Source: Spirochaetales bacterium (GTDB taxonomy: Bacteria; Spirochaetota; Spirochaetia; SZUA-6; JAFGRV01). From it: DNA of 64,000 bases. Below the pieces are notes generated by a model, which saw only the letters and a list, made by a program, of their open reading frames with translations, was not told where the DNA came from and did no database searches. The position numbers were made by a program, and so were the translations under genes. The stretch is from contig JAFGWI010000033.1 in the NCBI GenBank assembly GCA_016937215.1, positions 16,266 through 80,265 on the forward strand, written 5' to 3'. Position 1 is the first letter of the stretch; the number at the start of each line of letters is the position of its first letter. This document shows positions 9,681 to 19,978 of the stretch, piece by piece.

Positions 9681-10033
9681 AACACCGGCCTATACACAAA
9701 TAATACTTCATTATTTTGCTACTTCCACTATATTTTTTGGCTGTTTCCCCGGACAAAAAATAAGGGTCCTCTGATTCCATTATCGGGCAGAAAAACCATA
9801 AAAACCACTAAAAAGCAGCAATTCCTGGTCTCATTACTTCTTCGTTAACATGCCCAATAATGCTTATTTTATTTAATTATTTATAGTGTCAGGAATTGCC
9901 ATAGCCAACACTTCGGCCGCATGCAATTTCCGGTAACTTTTTCACTATTTTTTGTACAATAACTGAAAAACACAATATCCTATATTATAAACAGACAAGG
10001 TTGTTACCGGAAATTGCTGACCAAAATAATTTA

Positions 10034-10165
10034 CACGGCTGGTCCGGGGCCGGGCTTTTCCGCAGCTCCGCTTTTGCTCCGACCAAAGCTTTCGCGAAAA
10101 AAGCGCGAAAGCTTTGTTGCTTTGCTTTTTTTGAAAAAAAAGCAAAGCCTGCTCCAATCCCTAAC
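10034..10165 (+). repeat. Structured repeat family A, copy R3 (5' end degenerate)
   Basis: GGGGCCGGGCTTTTCCGCAGCTCCG...CAAAGCTTTCGCG/CGCGAAAGCTTTG...GCTTTGCTTTT/AAAAGCAAAGC...CTCCAATCCCTAAC. Confidence 0.8.
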
Positions 10166-10284
10166 AGTTGCTAAACCACCGTCAAATATTGTAAAAAAAT
10201 ATCAATAAATATTGCTTATCTGCTGATGTTTTCACAATTCTGTGATATTATTTAAAACAATTATTTATGAAAAGGGAGAAAAAA

Positions 10285-10542
10285 ATGAATAAAAAAATTG
10301 CACTAATCCTTTTAATCGTTATTGCAGGCCTATTTATGGTATCATCATTACATGCCACTGATCTAAGTTCAACCATAAAAAAAATTGAATCTGATCAGGA
10401 AACAATAAGAAACGCGCGAACCAGCGCGAGTACGGCCTTCCAGAATTTTGACCAGAAAGCAAATCAGTTATATAATTTACTTTCAACTGTCCTGAAAACG
10501 ATGAAAGAAATGAGATCTGGTACAATACGAAACATGTTATAA
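10285..10542 (+). CDS. Small exported helical protein (85 aa) with a C-terminus resembling T3SS needle subunits
   Basis: RBS AGGGAG, Sec signal MNKKIALILLIVIAGLFMVSSLHA, C-terminal QKANQLYNLLSTVLKTMKEMRSGTIRNML. Confidence 0.75.
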   Translation: MNKKIALILLIVIAGLFMVSSLHATDLSSTIKKIESDQETIRNARTSASTAFQNFDQKANQLYNLLSTVLKTMKEMRSGTIRNML

Positions 10543-10559
10543 TTTTTGATTATACCCTT

Positions 10560-10598
10560 CTTCAGCCAGGGCACTGTGACCTATCCCTGGCTGAAGGA
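10560..10598 (+). terminator. Strong hairpin after the small exported-protein gene (no U-tract)
   Basis: CTTCAGCCAGGG...CCCTGGCTGAAG. Confidence 0.5.
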
Positions 10599-10742
10599 TC
10601 ATTTATCCACTGAAAACCATCGATACTATTGCCCGGCACAATTTTATAATAATTCCAGGCTATAGTTCCTTTTGTATTTGCAAATATCATGGTTCACATT
10701 TGGAATTGTAGTCTTGCCTATTTCACGATTTAACGGCATGAT

Positions 10743-11465
10743 GTGATCATGATTAAAGCAGTTATCTTCGACAAAGACGGAACCATTATCAATTTTGATT
10801 CATTCTGGGTGGGAATAACCCGGAGCGTGATCCACGATTTACTGGATAACCAGGGTTTGGAAAAAAATGTCATAGACCGATGGCTCGAGGTTGTAGGAAT
10901 TCACGGCGAAGTGATAGACCCTCACGGCATTTTGGCTGCCCAAACCGGTCACGACGCGGCTAAAGCCTGGTACAACCTGATAGAGAACCCGAGCATGGAT
11001 TTCACCTCTTTTGCTGAATTCACAGTCAGCCGCTTTGATCACCACAGCATTAACCAGAAGCACGAAACCCATCTTTTTCCCGGCCTTAAGCAAGCTATAG
11101 CGCAATTAAAGGCGCGGAACATGATCATAGGCGTGGTTACAGCCGACACTTTTCCATCCACCCGGGCCGCTTTGAAAAACACAGGGCTCATCGATTTTGT
11201 GGATTATATCGGCGCTGATGACGGGCACAGCCCTATCAAACCCCATCCCTTTTGGGGCGAAAAATTTTGCAGGCAATTCTTTCTTTCGCCAGAAGAAGTC
11301 ATTATGGTAGGCGACACACCCACGGACATGCAATTTGCCAAAAACTGCGGTTTTTATGCCATTGGGGTGTCCTCAGGCACATCGGGCGATTCATTACTGG
11401 CCCCATTGGCTGATGAAATATTGCCTTGGGCAGCGGAAATATTGAAAAGCAAGGTGCTTGCCTAA
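10743..11465 (+). CDS. HAD-superfamily hydrolase (phosphoglycolate phosphatase-like)
   Basis: FDKDGT motif I, KPHP, and MVGDTPTD motif IV. Confidence 0.9.
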   Translation: MIMIKAVIFDKDGTIINFDSFWVGITRSVIHDLLDNQGLEKNVIDRWLEVVGIHGEVIDPHGILAAQTGHDAAKAWYNLIENPSMDFTSFAEFTVSRFDHHSINQKHETHLFPGLKQAIAQLKARNMIIGVVTADTFPSTRAALKNTGLIDFVDYIGADDGHSPIKPHPFWGEKFCRQFFLSPEEVIMVGDTPTDMQFAKNCGFYAIGVSSGTSGDSLLAPLADEILPWAAEILKSKVLA

Positions 11466-11547
11466 CCCTCTTCAGACTTTTTGCCTAGGTATTTTTAAAC
11501 AGACCCCTATTTTATCCACAACCAGAACAATTCTCCCTTTATTGAAT

Positions 11548-12333
11548 CTAAAAAAGCGGAAATTCAGGTTTTAAAATAATCTGATAGGAAATTTTAATGT
11601 CTGAATTAATGTGGTTCTCGGCAAATTCAATCTTAAAAAAAGGCGTAGAACTTGAATCAATATAAAACTCATGGCCGCAGCAATCAAGATTCAAGGCAAG
11701 GCCTTCATATACCAGGCGTAAATCCTTGATAGCAGGGTTTTTCTCGGGAAAAGTAATGATGAGTGAATATATACCGCTGTTTTCACGTACACGATAAATA
11801 TCGCTATCCTGAATTTGCCCTTCATTCAATTTGTAAATCAGGGCATTATGCTCTCCTGGTTCAAGTTGCCAGGATTCTTTATAATGATTATTCGGTTCAA
11901 AATTATCGCCAAGACTGCTGAATATGGCAGGAACAAATTGATTGGTCATTTCAGTAATGGCACCTGCTTTTATAAAAGCAAGGCGATAATAATAGATTCG
12001 GTTGGGAAGGGCTGTTTTATCCACAAAACTGGAAGTATTGATATCAGGAAAAGAGGTGTCCAGGTTGTTTTCATGGGCTGATGTATAGCGATAAATTCGG
12101 TAGCCATCAACACCTGGGTTAAGATTCCACCAAAGACAAATCCCTTCGGTACATTCAAAGGGAATACTATATAATTCATTATCATCTTCCAGGTTAGCGC
12201 TTTTATCAAGCAACACATTATCATACCCTTCTGGTTCAATCTCCTCGGGATTCATGACCGGGCAACCGCCCAAAAAGCCCACACAATTGGCCAAAACCAA
12301 AAATAACCAAAATTTATTCATCCTTTTGTTCAT
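11548..12333 (-). CDS. Putative lipoprotein with an FN3-like domain and a DxFEPN (PPC-like) domain
   Basis: Lipobox LGGC, then GYRIYR...FVDKTALPNRIYYYRL and DNFEPNN. Confidence 0.7.
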   Translation of the reverse strand: MNKRMNKFWLFLVLANCVGFLGGCPVMNPEEIEPEGYDNVLLDKSANLEDDNELYSIPFECTEGICLWWNLNPGVDGYRIYRYTSAHENNLDTSFPDINTSSFVDKTALPNRIYYYRLAFIKAGAITEMTNQFVPAIFSSLGDNFEPNNHYKESWQLEPGEHNALIYKLNEGQIQDSDIYRVRENSGIYSLIITFPEKNPAIKDLRLVYEGLALNLDCCGHEFYIDSSSTPFFKIEFAENHINSDIKISYQIILKPEFPLF

Positions 12334-12437
12334 AATACGATCCTTTTTTAAATACCCTTTCAACAGCCATCTCTTTTAAGAAAGGCTAGAATAATTAATT
12401 GTCTCTGAATTTTTTAATATTGCTCTTTAATATTTAC

Positions 12438-12454
12438 TGCAATTTTTATGCCAA
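12438..12454 (-). promoter_or_regulatory. Sigma54 (-24/-12) promoter for the lipoprotein gene
   Basis: Minus strand TTGGCATAAAAATTGCA fits TGGCA(C)-N5-TTGC spacing. Confidence 0.7.
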
Positions 12455-12537
12455 GTTTATGAAAGCAAAATATCTTCTTTACAGAACAGTAAATAAAAGA
12501 TTTTTTTCAGGAATCACCATTGTTTTTTAAAGGGTTC

Positions 12538-12642
12538 GAGCTATGCAAAATGCATAGCTCAGCTGTTTTTTTAACATAATTTTAATTATCATAAGGAATT
12601 ATCACATTATGCAAAATGCATAGACCTATGAAATTTGCATAG
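12538..12642. promoter_or_regulatory. Three palindromic TATGCA-N3-TGCATA sites (putative bEBP enhancer)
   Basis: GAGCTATGCA-AAA-TGCATAGCTC (12538-12560), TATGCA-AAA-TGCATA (12608-12622) and CTATGAA-ATT-TGCATAG (12626-12642). Confidence 0.65.
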
Positions 12643-12950
12643 AAAAATTGAAAAAAACCTTTGGAATTGAGCCATTTATCTGGAATTCTAAAAATTTTGT
12701 GCTATATTTCGGAAAATTTTTAGAAATTATTTTTTTTTGCATAACAAATCTCTTTTTTTGCCATTAATAAATTAGAGACAGAAGGTATGGTCGTTAATTT
12801 TTTCAAAAATTGTCGACCAAAACACTTTTTGCATAAAAACAGAGATTCTTGTACAAAATCAAAATAAAAAATTGTGGACTAAGAACTTTCGCGGACTCGG
12901 CAGGCATGTTGAAATACCCAAAATGATGGTTATGCCACCATTTCAGCAGT

Positions 12951-14102
12951 CTATAGCAGTTTGTTTTGTTTTAAATAGGCAAGGAGATAATCCTGGGACA
13001 CATGTTCCTGTTCCAGACGCCCTTTTTGAGGATGGTCCAGTAAATATTGGCACATTTTTTTTTCATGGGGGTTCAGATACTGCGGAAGCCCGGTCATGGA
13101 AACACCGGGAAGGGGAACCGCGAATTGCTGAAAGCTCTCGTAACACTGAAAGTCCATGAGCATAGATCGGGTTTGGGGAAAAATCGAACGAACGAGGGAC
13201 AAAATTCCAAAACCAGGGGGATCAAGATCGCCCCAATAAAAAAGGGATTTATTGCAAAGCCATTGTACCTTTTTCAATATACCTGCCCGAAATCCGCTTC
13301 CCCACATCACAACAGAATCACTCAGCAAAGGAAAACTGAGAAAATTGGTTTTGTTTTCTATAATGAAAACACGTTGTCCCTGAAGTTCCTTGTTACAGAA
13401 AATTCCCAATGGTTTTGAAACATCAACTTCCGTGGTATTTTCGATGTACCGGCAGCGAATAAGGGGTTCATCATATTTTAATTTATAACGTTTTGAAAAA
13501 TCGCTTTCAGCCCATTCAATGCGATTAGGGGGAAGTAAAAAATCCAGCAGAGAACGAAGGATTTTCCGGTTTTCCTCGACAAATTTGCTGTGAATCTCCA
13601 GGGGGATTTCACGAAGATAAATATCGGGCTCAGGATTGTTCATAAACCAATGGCAGACCAACAAAAGATTCGGCCAATGCCGCGGATCTGTTTCAAGAAG
13701 ACTGATGTTTTTTTCAAACCACTCTTCGAGTTCCGGCAGGGATTGCCTTATCAGCTCCACATTGCAAACAAAACGCTTAAAATCCGCTGTTTTTTCTATG
13801 AAACGAAGAAAATGGCTTTCCTGGGAGAAATAGATTCGTTTTATACGGCTTTGAAGGCCGTATTTTTTGGAATTCACTGTTTCCCAGTCTATGGAATATC
13901 CAAAACCCCTTTTTTCCAAGGAACGGCTCAATAAAAGTTCGATGGATTTTTTTCGTTCCACAAAGGGATCGGTGAGTTTTCCTTTATTGCAGGATATTTC
14001 AAGGGGGAAAAAATCTTCTTTTTTTAAAAAAGCCCTGCAAAAAGCCAGATACTTTGCCCTGGCTTTTTTCTTAACTTCCTGTGGGCTGACCATTTTGCTC
14101 AA
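12951..14102 (-). CDS. jetD: Wadjet nuclease JetD (DUF3322 plus DUF2220 Toprim)
   Basis: YLREIPLEIHSKFVE, IIENKTNF, YWGDLDPPG and RLEQE. Last gene of a 4-gene overlapping operon. Confidence 0.9.
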   Translation of the reverse strand: MSKMVSPQEVKKKARAKYLAFCRAFLKKEDFFPLEISCNKGKLTDPFVERKKSIELLLSRSLEKRGFGYSIDWETVNSKKYGLQSRIKRIYFSQESHFLRFIEKTADFKRFVCNVELIRQSLPELEEWFEKNISLLETDPRHWPNLLLVCHWFMNNPEPDIYLREIPLEIHSKFVEENRKILRSLLDFLLPPNRIEWAESDFSKRYKLKYDEPLIRCRYIENTTEVDVSKPLGIFCNKELQGQRVFIIENKTNFLSFPLLSDSVVMWGSGFRAGILKKVQWLCNKSLFYWGDLDPPGFGILSLVRSIFPQTRSMLMDFQCYESFQQFAVPLPGVSMTGLPQYLNPHEKKMCQYLLDHPQKGRLEQEHVSQDYLLAYLKQNKLL

Positions 14103-17100
14103 TTATCGCGAATTCCTTTTTTTTCTCACGGTATTCTTCAAGAGTCATGTTATAAAGACTGGATCGTTGGCCGTCACTTTCAACAAAATGCACTGCCTTT
14201 ATATAATCCTCAACTATGTTGATTTTATCAAGGGGTGTAACAACCATTAACTGCAGTTCCAGCTTTTTAAAGAGGTCCATGGCATAAACCGAGTTTTCAG
14301 GATCCACCTTGCTGAAGGCTTCATCAACAATGGCAAATCGGAAAGAGCGATGGTGGCTGCCTTCACCGGAAATATTAAATTGATAGGCAATGGCTGAGGC
14401 CAATATAGTGTAGGCCAGCTTGGCTTTCTCGCCTCCGGAAAGGCTTTGGGAATCCTGATAAAACTGTTTTTCCTTATCATCTTCGCGAAAACGCTCGATA
14501 GCGGAAAAATTCAGCCAGTTTCTCACATCAAGCAGTTTTTTGCGCTTATAATTGTCCTCCTGGAGTTGAAGAATAAACCTTTGCATGTTTGAAAAAAGCT
14601 TTTCCAGGGCCCCTTCGTCGCGGTTGGCCAAATCCAGGACATTGCCCAAAATGTTTTTAAGCTGGCCTTTGAAAGTCAAAATCGCGTTGTCTCTGGCTGG
14701 TTCATAATGCAAAATAATGTAAGTTGAAGGGGATTTGTTATATTCAATTTCGCCCAGGGCGCTGTTAAGTTCGTCGATGCTCTTTTTAATCTCGTTTTCC
14801 GCGTCCTCCAGGCTTTGACGGAAATTGACCAGATCTTCAATCATTTTTTCGTTTAAAAATTCCTTGAAGTCCTTTTTATAACGGGGCAGATCATCATGGT
14901 TCAAAACCTCGAATATCCGCTTGTATTCATCTTTAAATTCAACGTCAGCCGCCAGTTCAATGGTCAATTCCTCCCAGCCTGGATATTCCCGCAAAATATC
15001 ACCGCCCGGCGACTTAAATTTTGTCATGGTTTTTACCAGCTTTTTTTCCACAGCGTGGAATTTTTCTTCAGCTTCGTTTAGCAAAACCTCTATTTTTTCA
15101 AAACTATCAAGTCGCGCGTTTTTCAATCCTTCTAAAGATAATGAAGACAAGCCTTCCATGGTTTTCCCGATTAAACGGCAAATTTTTTGCTCATCAAACA
15201 CAATTCCGGCAAAATGTTCCAGAAGCTGTGAATAACTTTCTTTTTCCGATAACAGGTTTTTCATCACCTCTTCCAGGCTGCCGATATACTGATCAGTATC
15301 CTTTATTTCATTCCGCAATTTTTTTATTTCTGCTTCCAGGTTTTCCAGCTTTTTCTGAAGCTGCTGAAGCTCTTTTGAAGCCGCGGCCAGCTCCTTTTTA
15401 TCATTCTCCAGTTTAAGCACGCGTTCCTGGGATTCCCACCAATTCAGTTCATTGAAATTCCTGAATTCGTTAAAACGGGTCAAATCAGCTTTGATTTGAT
15501 GATACTCATCCTGCCGTCCGCGTAATTGTTCAAAGGTTTTTTGGCTTTCACTTAAATCTTCGGACAATTGACGAACTTGCTCCCGAAGCATGGAAATTTT
15601 ATTATAATTGTCCCAACCCAGAACAAAATTCTCGCGGCCCCTGTCGGCTTTCCGGTCATCCTTTTCATGCCGTTCGCCCGATTTTACCAAACCCTCAGGG
15701 GTTACAGCTTTGTTAAAATGAGAAAAATCATCGACCTTTTCAACACAGCGATAATCAAAATGATTATGAAGATGATTTTCCACCCAATGAAAAAAGGGAG
15801 ATTCCTTTTTGATTTCCAGTTTATAAATAAGGCTTTCAGCATCTATATCCCTGTCATGAGTCCAGAATGCTTCCTGACCTGTCCGGTAATAAATCAAGCG
15901 CCCCTTTAAATTATTCTTGTTTACAAAACGGTTCACCTTTAGGTAATGCTCTTCATTCACCAGCAAACAAAGAGCGAAGTTGTGAAGAATCCTTTCAGCG
16001 GCAAGTTCCCACTGAAGCTCGCTATCCTTAACCTGAATAAGCTCACCAGCAAAGGGTAATTCCTTTTCCGTAAGCCCAAGGGCTTCAAGAATGGCATGAC
16101 GCATTTCAATATTTGTTCGGGGTATATTATTCTTCCGTTTCATGAGGGAAAGAATATCTGCTTCGCGGTTTTCCTTTTCTTCAACGATTCGACTGATTTT
16201 CTGACGATTCAAAAACAAACGTTCTTCAAGTTCATGATATTTATCATCGATTTCCTTTTCTTTCTGCCTGGCCCATTGCTTGTTTTCCAGGTAATCAGCC
16301 TCTTTTTTCAGTTCACCGATTTTCAGCCTTTGCGCCACTTGGTTATAACGTTTAAAATTGTTCAGTTTGCTAGTCTTGATTTCTTCGTTGTGACGGATTT
16401 CATCTTCAATGCGTAATATCTGTTGGGCCGCGTCATTCTTGTCAATGGCATTCTGTAAATCGCGCCTCTCCCTGTCATAATCATCATGTTTTTTTTCAAG
16501 CCCCTGTCTTTTTTCCTGCCCGAGATTCAATTCTTCGGTTTTAAGATCCAATTCAAAATCAACCCGCTGGCAAATCATGGACGCGAAAAAACCGGGTACA
16601 AGCTGTTTGTTTTCCCTGTACTCGGTAATTTTCAGATGGGATTTCTCAAACTCTTCGATGCAATCGATAACCGGTTCAAGGTACTCAAGCTGCTTTCCCG
16701 CCAGTTCGATTTTCCGATGGGCATTGAACAATTGCTGATAATTGGAATGGAGCCCCTGAAATTCGTTTTCCATATCCGGCGTGTCCAGCATATTGTCCCT
16801 GATAAATTCATTCAAATTACCAAGAACCTTGACACCGACAATATGAGAAAAAAGATTTAATGCTTTTTCAGAGCGAAGACCAAGGATGGGCAGAAAATAC
16901 CTCGCGTATAGAGAAAAACTTTCATAAAAATTGATTCCATGATTCAAATGCCAGTTTTTTCTGAAATTGCTGTTAAAATCCAGGGGCAGCAAATGCTCTT
17001 TTAATGAAAGTTCCATGGGGCTGGAAAAATAAAGCTGAGACAAGCCTCCTGATGTGAATCGCCGGATTTGCCCAAGACAGAGCTCTCGCTGAAGAGCTTC

Positions 17101-17463
17101 GTTTTTAAACACACCAAGCAGCACGGAATAATCTTTTTTATCGCGAAGATATTCGGCAACAGCACTGGTCTGCTCTTCACTTCGGCGACTACCAATCGCG
17201 CCCAGCACATAGGAACGCTCTGTTCGCTCTCGCTTACGGTCCGCGCCGGAAGACTGATTATAATGGCGTTTGGACGAGGGCACCAGCAAGGTAATAAGCG
17301 CGTCCACAAGGGTTGTTTTTCCGGAACCATTGGCGCCTGTCAACAAGGAGGATTCACCCCCTGGCGCCAGTTGATAGATTTTTCCGTCAAAGCAACCCCA
17401 ATTGTAAAACTCAAAACGATGCAGTTTATAACCGCCTTGTCCCAAATCAAAGAGCATTGACAT
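14071..17463 (-). CDS. jetC: Wadjet SMC-like ATPase JetC
   Basis: YNWGCF, Walker A GANGSGKT, long coiled coil, signature LSGGEK and Walker B FAIVDEAF. Confidence 0.92.
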   Translation of the reverse strand: MSMLFDLGQGGYKLHRFEFYNWGCFDGKIYQLAPGGESSLLTGANGSGKTTLVDALITLLVPSSKRHYNQSSGADRKRERTERSYVLGAIGSRRSEEQTSAVAEYLRDKKDYSVLLGVFKNEALQRELCLGQIRRFTSGGLSQLYFSSPMELSLKEHLLPLDFNSNFRKNWHLNHGINFYESFSLYARYFLPILGLRSEKALNLFSHIVGVKVLGNLNEFIRDNMLDTPDMENEFQGLHSNYQQLFNAHRKIELAGKQLEYLEPVIDCIEEFEKSHLKITEYRENKQLVPGFFASMICQRVDFELDLKTEELNLGQEKRQGLEKKHDDYDRERRDLQNAIDKNDAAQQILRIEDEIRHNEEIKTSKLNNFKRYNQVAQRLKIGELKKEADYLENKQWARQKEKEIDDKYHELEERLFLNRQKISRIVEEKENREADILSLMKRKNNIPRTNIEMRHAILEALGLTEKELPFAGELIQVKDSELQWELAAERILHNFALCLLVNEEHYLKVNRFVNKNNLKGRLIYYRTGQEAFWTHDRDIDAESLIYKLEIKKESPFFHWVENHLHNHFDYRCVEKVDDFSHFNKAVTPEGLVKSGERHEKDDRKADRGRENFVLGWDNYNKISMLREQVRQLSEDLSESQKTFEQLRGRQDEYHQIKADLTRFNEFRNFNELNWWESQERVLKLENDKKELAAASKELQQLQKKLENLEAEIKKLRNEIKDTDQYIGSLEEVMKNLLSEKESYSQLLEHFAGIVFDEQKICRLIGKTMEGLSSLSLEGLKNARLDSFEKIEVLLNEAEEKFHAVEKKLVKTMTKFKSPGGDILREYPGWEELTIELAADVEFKDEYKRIFEVLNHDDLPRYKKDFKEFLNEKMIEDLVNFRQSLEDAENEIKKSIDELNSALGEIEYNKSPSTYIILHYEPARDNAILTFKGQLKNILGNVLDLANRDEGALEKLFSNMQRFILQLQEDNYKRKKLLDVRNWLNFSAIERFREDDKEKQFYQDSQSLSGGEKAKLAYTILASAIAYQFNISGEGSHHRSFRFAIVDEAFSKVDPENSVYAMDLFKKLELQLMVVTPLDKINIVEDYIKAVHFVESDGQRSSLYNMTLEEYREKKKEFAIIEQNGQPTGS

Positions 17464-18049
17464 ATATTTCCAACCTTTTTTTAAAATCATTCAAGAATTC
17501 GGGGTCGACCTTGGCCTTAATAATGCGGCGGACTTCATAGACATCTTCGTTATCCTGGGACCCGGTTAAATTTATTTGCTTTAAAAAACCCAGAGATTCC
17601 ACTTGATGTATATATTTATCTAGCTCACGGAAAAGACTGGTTTCATCGGTTTTTTCCTTAAAATAAATCCTGATTCGTTCGCGAATTTCCTTCTTTCGAA
17701 TAAAAAGGCGAGTACTCTCGCTGCTGGATGTGTCAAAACGCTCGAGTTCTTCCCTAAGAATAACACACAACAGGGTCGCTTCAAAGGTAATTCTTCGACG
17801 GGTTACAAGGCGGGGAATGCGGCTTTCCGGGCTGTCTTCCTGAGCCTCCATCTGCCGTAAATAACAAAAACCTTCGGCTTCCTGCAAATCGATTTCAAGA
17901 CCTATAAGCCCTAAATAATCGGTCACCTTGTTCCGCATTACCAGCAACAAGGACCAGTCGCTGTCCTCTTCATAAACAGGTCCGCGTAACAGTTTTATAA
18001 CAAGAGCAGCCAAATCCACATCAATGTCTTTTTTTCCATCCATTATCAT
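17447..18049 (-). CDS. jetB: Wadjet JetB (DUF4194)
   Basis: 200 aa with KLLRGPVY, YLGLIGLE..EAEGFCYLRQ and YEVRRIIKA. Lies between jetA and jetC. Confidence 0.88.
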   Translation of the reverse strand: MIMDGKKDIDVDLAALVIKLLRGPVYEEDSDWSLLLVMRNKVTDYLGLIGLEIDLQEAEGFCYLRQMEAQEDSPESRIPRLVTRRRITFEATLLCVILREELERFDTSSSESTRLFIRKKEIRERIRIYFKEKTDETSLFRELDKYIHQVESLGFLKQINLTGSQDNEDVYEVRRIIKAKVDPEFLNDFKKRLEIYVNAL

Positions 18050-19488
18050 CGTAAAAATATCACCTCCGGTGCCCTTAAACTCTTTCTGATATTATTAAAC
18101 ACATAATCGATTGTAACCGATGTCTCATCCATAATTCGGCTGCTTCGGGAGCTTGAGGCAATTTCGTAATAAACCAGTATCTCGGACAAACCTTTTTCCG
18201 GGGGAAAAGCCTCTAACACATCTTTGATGCGGACTTCCGGTTTTTCCATAAGGAGCTTGCGGATATTTGCTTCCAGTTTGCGGCGGTCCACATAAAATTG
18301 ATTAAACAGACCCGCGACCTGGCCCAAATTCATGGTATCATCGCTTAAATCTATATTTTTATAAACCGTTTCTTCTTCAGGAAAACGCAAGGGCCGCTCC
18401 ATGGGCATGGTGATTTCTGCGTCTCCATCAAGCTCCATAAAAAAATCATCCCCCGGCGGGGTGTCCTTGGCCGCGAACACAAGCTGTTTGATCTCCTGCA
18501 TGAGCTCCTTGATACGACGGCGCTGCAACAAAGTGTTCTCAGAAAGAAGCCGGTTGATTTTATCACCCAACCTGTGATTGGAATCGATAATCCGTTTTCC
18601 TGCCCGATGGAGGTAGGTTTTGAGATTTTTAAGAAAACTGTCTTCGCTTGAAAGCGATTTAGCTTCGAGAACATCATAAACCTTTTCCACCAAACGGCTA
18701 ATACTGTCTGTCCCCGAGTCGGTAATCAGAAAAGACCAAAAGGAGTGAAATGTTTTTCCCTGGGGCGATTGCTTTAAATCCTGATGGGCATCCAGTGTGG
18801 CGCCAAGGATATCGCCTCGGCTCAGACCCATATTGGCCTCTTCTTTGTAAATCTGGTCCACGATGAATTTAAAATTCTCTTCAACTTCCTTAAAATCGGC
18901 CAGCAGGTCCCGGGAGCTTCGGCTGATTTCCTCAAAGCGCTCCTTGATTTGCCAATTATCAAAACTACGCACCATTCCTGATTTTTCAATCTCCTTCATT
19001 TCCTGATCAATGGCCTTTCGTTTTTCTTTAAGTTCCTTGATTTTTTCTTCAGGATTTTCAAGACTCTTTGAAACCAGTTCTTCAAGACGCCTTAAAATAT
19101 CATAAAACCGAGATTCCGTTCCCACTGATTCGCGAGGTTTTAAATCCTCGAGCCAGCGGAACACACGTTCAATATAGCCTGTCAATTCGTGAACAATCAC
19201 ACCGCGTTCATTCACATATTTTCTCAAATAGCGGTTTTCTTCGCGGCACCAGGAATCGATCATCCTGGCCGCATTATCCAGATATTCGGGTATTTCATCG
19301 TCCGCTTCATCATGATTTTCCAGAAAAGCGCTCAGGGAAATGATTAATTCCTCGGCTGGAATTGTAATTTTTTGCCGACTTTTAAACTCCTGCCATAAAA
19401 AAGCCAGGATCTGGGGGGCTTTTTGAGCTCTGAGAATTTTTAAAGCTGGATTATCCTTGATCATGATGGACAATTCCTGAACAGTCAT
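18046..19488 (-). CDS. jetA: Wadjet JetA (DUF3375)
   Basis: VGTESRF, LLADFKEVEENF, SPQGKTFHSFWSFL and GLSEILVY. Confidence 0.88.
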   Translation of the reverse strand: MTVQELSIMIKDNPALKILRAQKAPQILAFLWQEFKSRQKITIPAEELIISLSAFLENHDEADDEIPEYLDNAARMIDSWCREENRYLRKYVNERGVIVHELTGYIERVFRWLEDLKPRESVGTESRFYDILRRLEELVSKSLENPEEKIKELKEKRKAIDQEMKEIEKSGMVRSFDNWQIKERFEEISRSSRDLLADFKEVEENFKFIVDQIYKEEANMGLSRGDILGATLDAHQDLKQSPQGKTFHSFWSFLITDSGTDSISRLVEKVYDVLEAKSLSSEDSFLKNLKTYLHRAGKRIIDSNHRLGDKINRLLSENTLLQRRRIKELMQEIKQLVFAAKDTPPGDDFFMELDGDAEITMPMERPLRFPEEETVYKNIDLSDDTMNLGQVAGLFNQFYVDRRKLEANIRKLLMEKPEVRIKDVLEAFPPEKGLSEILVYYEIASSSRSSRIMDETSVTIDYVFNNIRKSLRAPEVIFLR

Positions 19489-19517
19489 CGCTTATATCCT
19501 TTTTTTAAAAAAACAGC

Positions 19518-19897
19518 TGTATTTGTTTAGCAGAAATTTTCAGGGCATTGCCTGATATATCCAGGGGCTTTCAGGCCAGGCTTTACTCGACTTTGTTTTG
19601 CTCCCAAAGCCCCAGGCCGCAAAGCTTGTTGCGTAACCTCGAGATACGAAACTATTGTGCTATACCTGGAGGGCCCATGCGTATATACCCCCCTATATAG
19701 TGTCACAATAGTTAACCTATCGGTCGCGTAACCATTTTGGCATGGGCAAGCAATCAATATCAAGCGTTTATGACCAGCAGCGCCTGCCGGCTTAAACAGA
19801 TTTAGGATTTCAGAAAGCCATTTTCAAAAAAATGGCTTTCTGCCGCTCCAATCCCCAAGGCTTGTCCTTGCAATTGAGCATATAGCTAAACAAGTAC
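19518..19897 (+). repeat. Structured repeat family A, copy R4, enlarged by an internal insert and flanked by inverted repeats
   Basis: TGTATTTGTTTAGC (19518-19531), GGGCATTGCCTG...CAGGCCAGGCTTT, CAGAAAGCCATTTT/AAAATGGCTTTCTG, GCTCCAATCCCCAAGG, and GCTAAACAAGTAC (19885-19897). Confidence 0.75.
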
Positions 19898-19978
19898 TGA
19901 CAGATTATTATTGAAGAAAATATAGCATCATTTTCCGAAAGAACGCAATACATTTACCCATGAAGAAGCCGCTTATTA

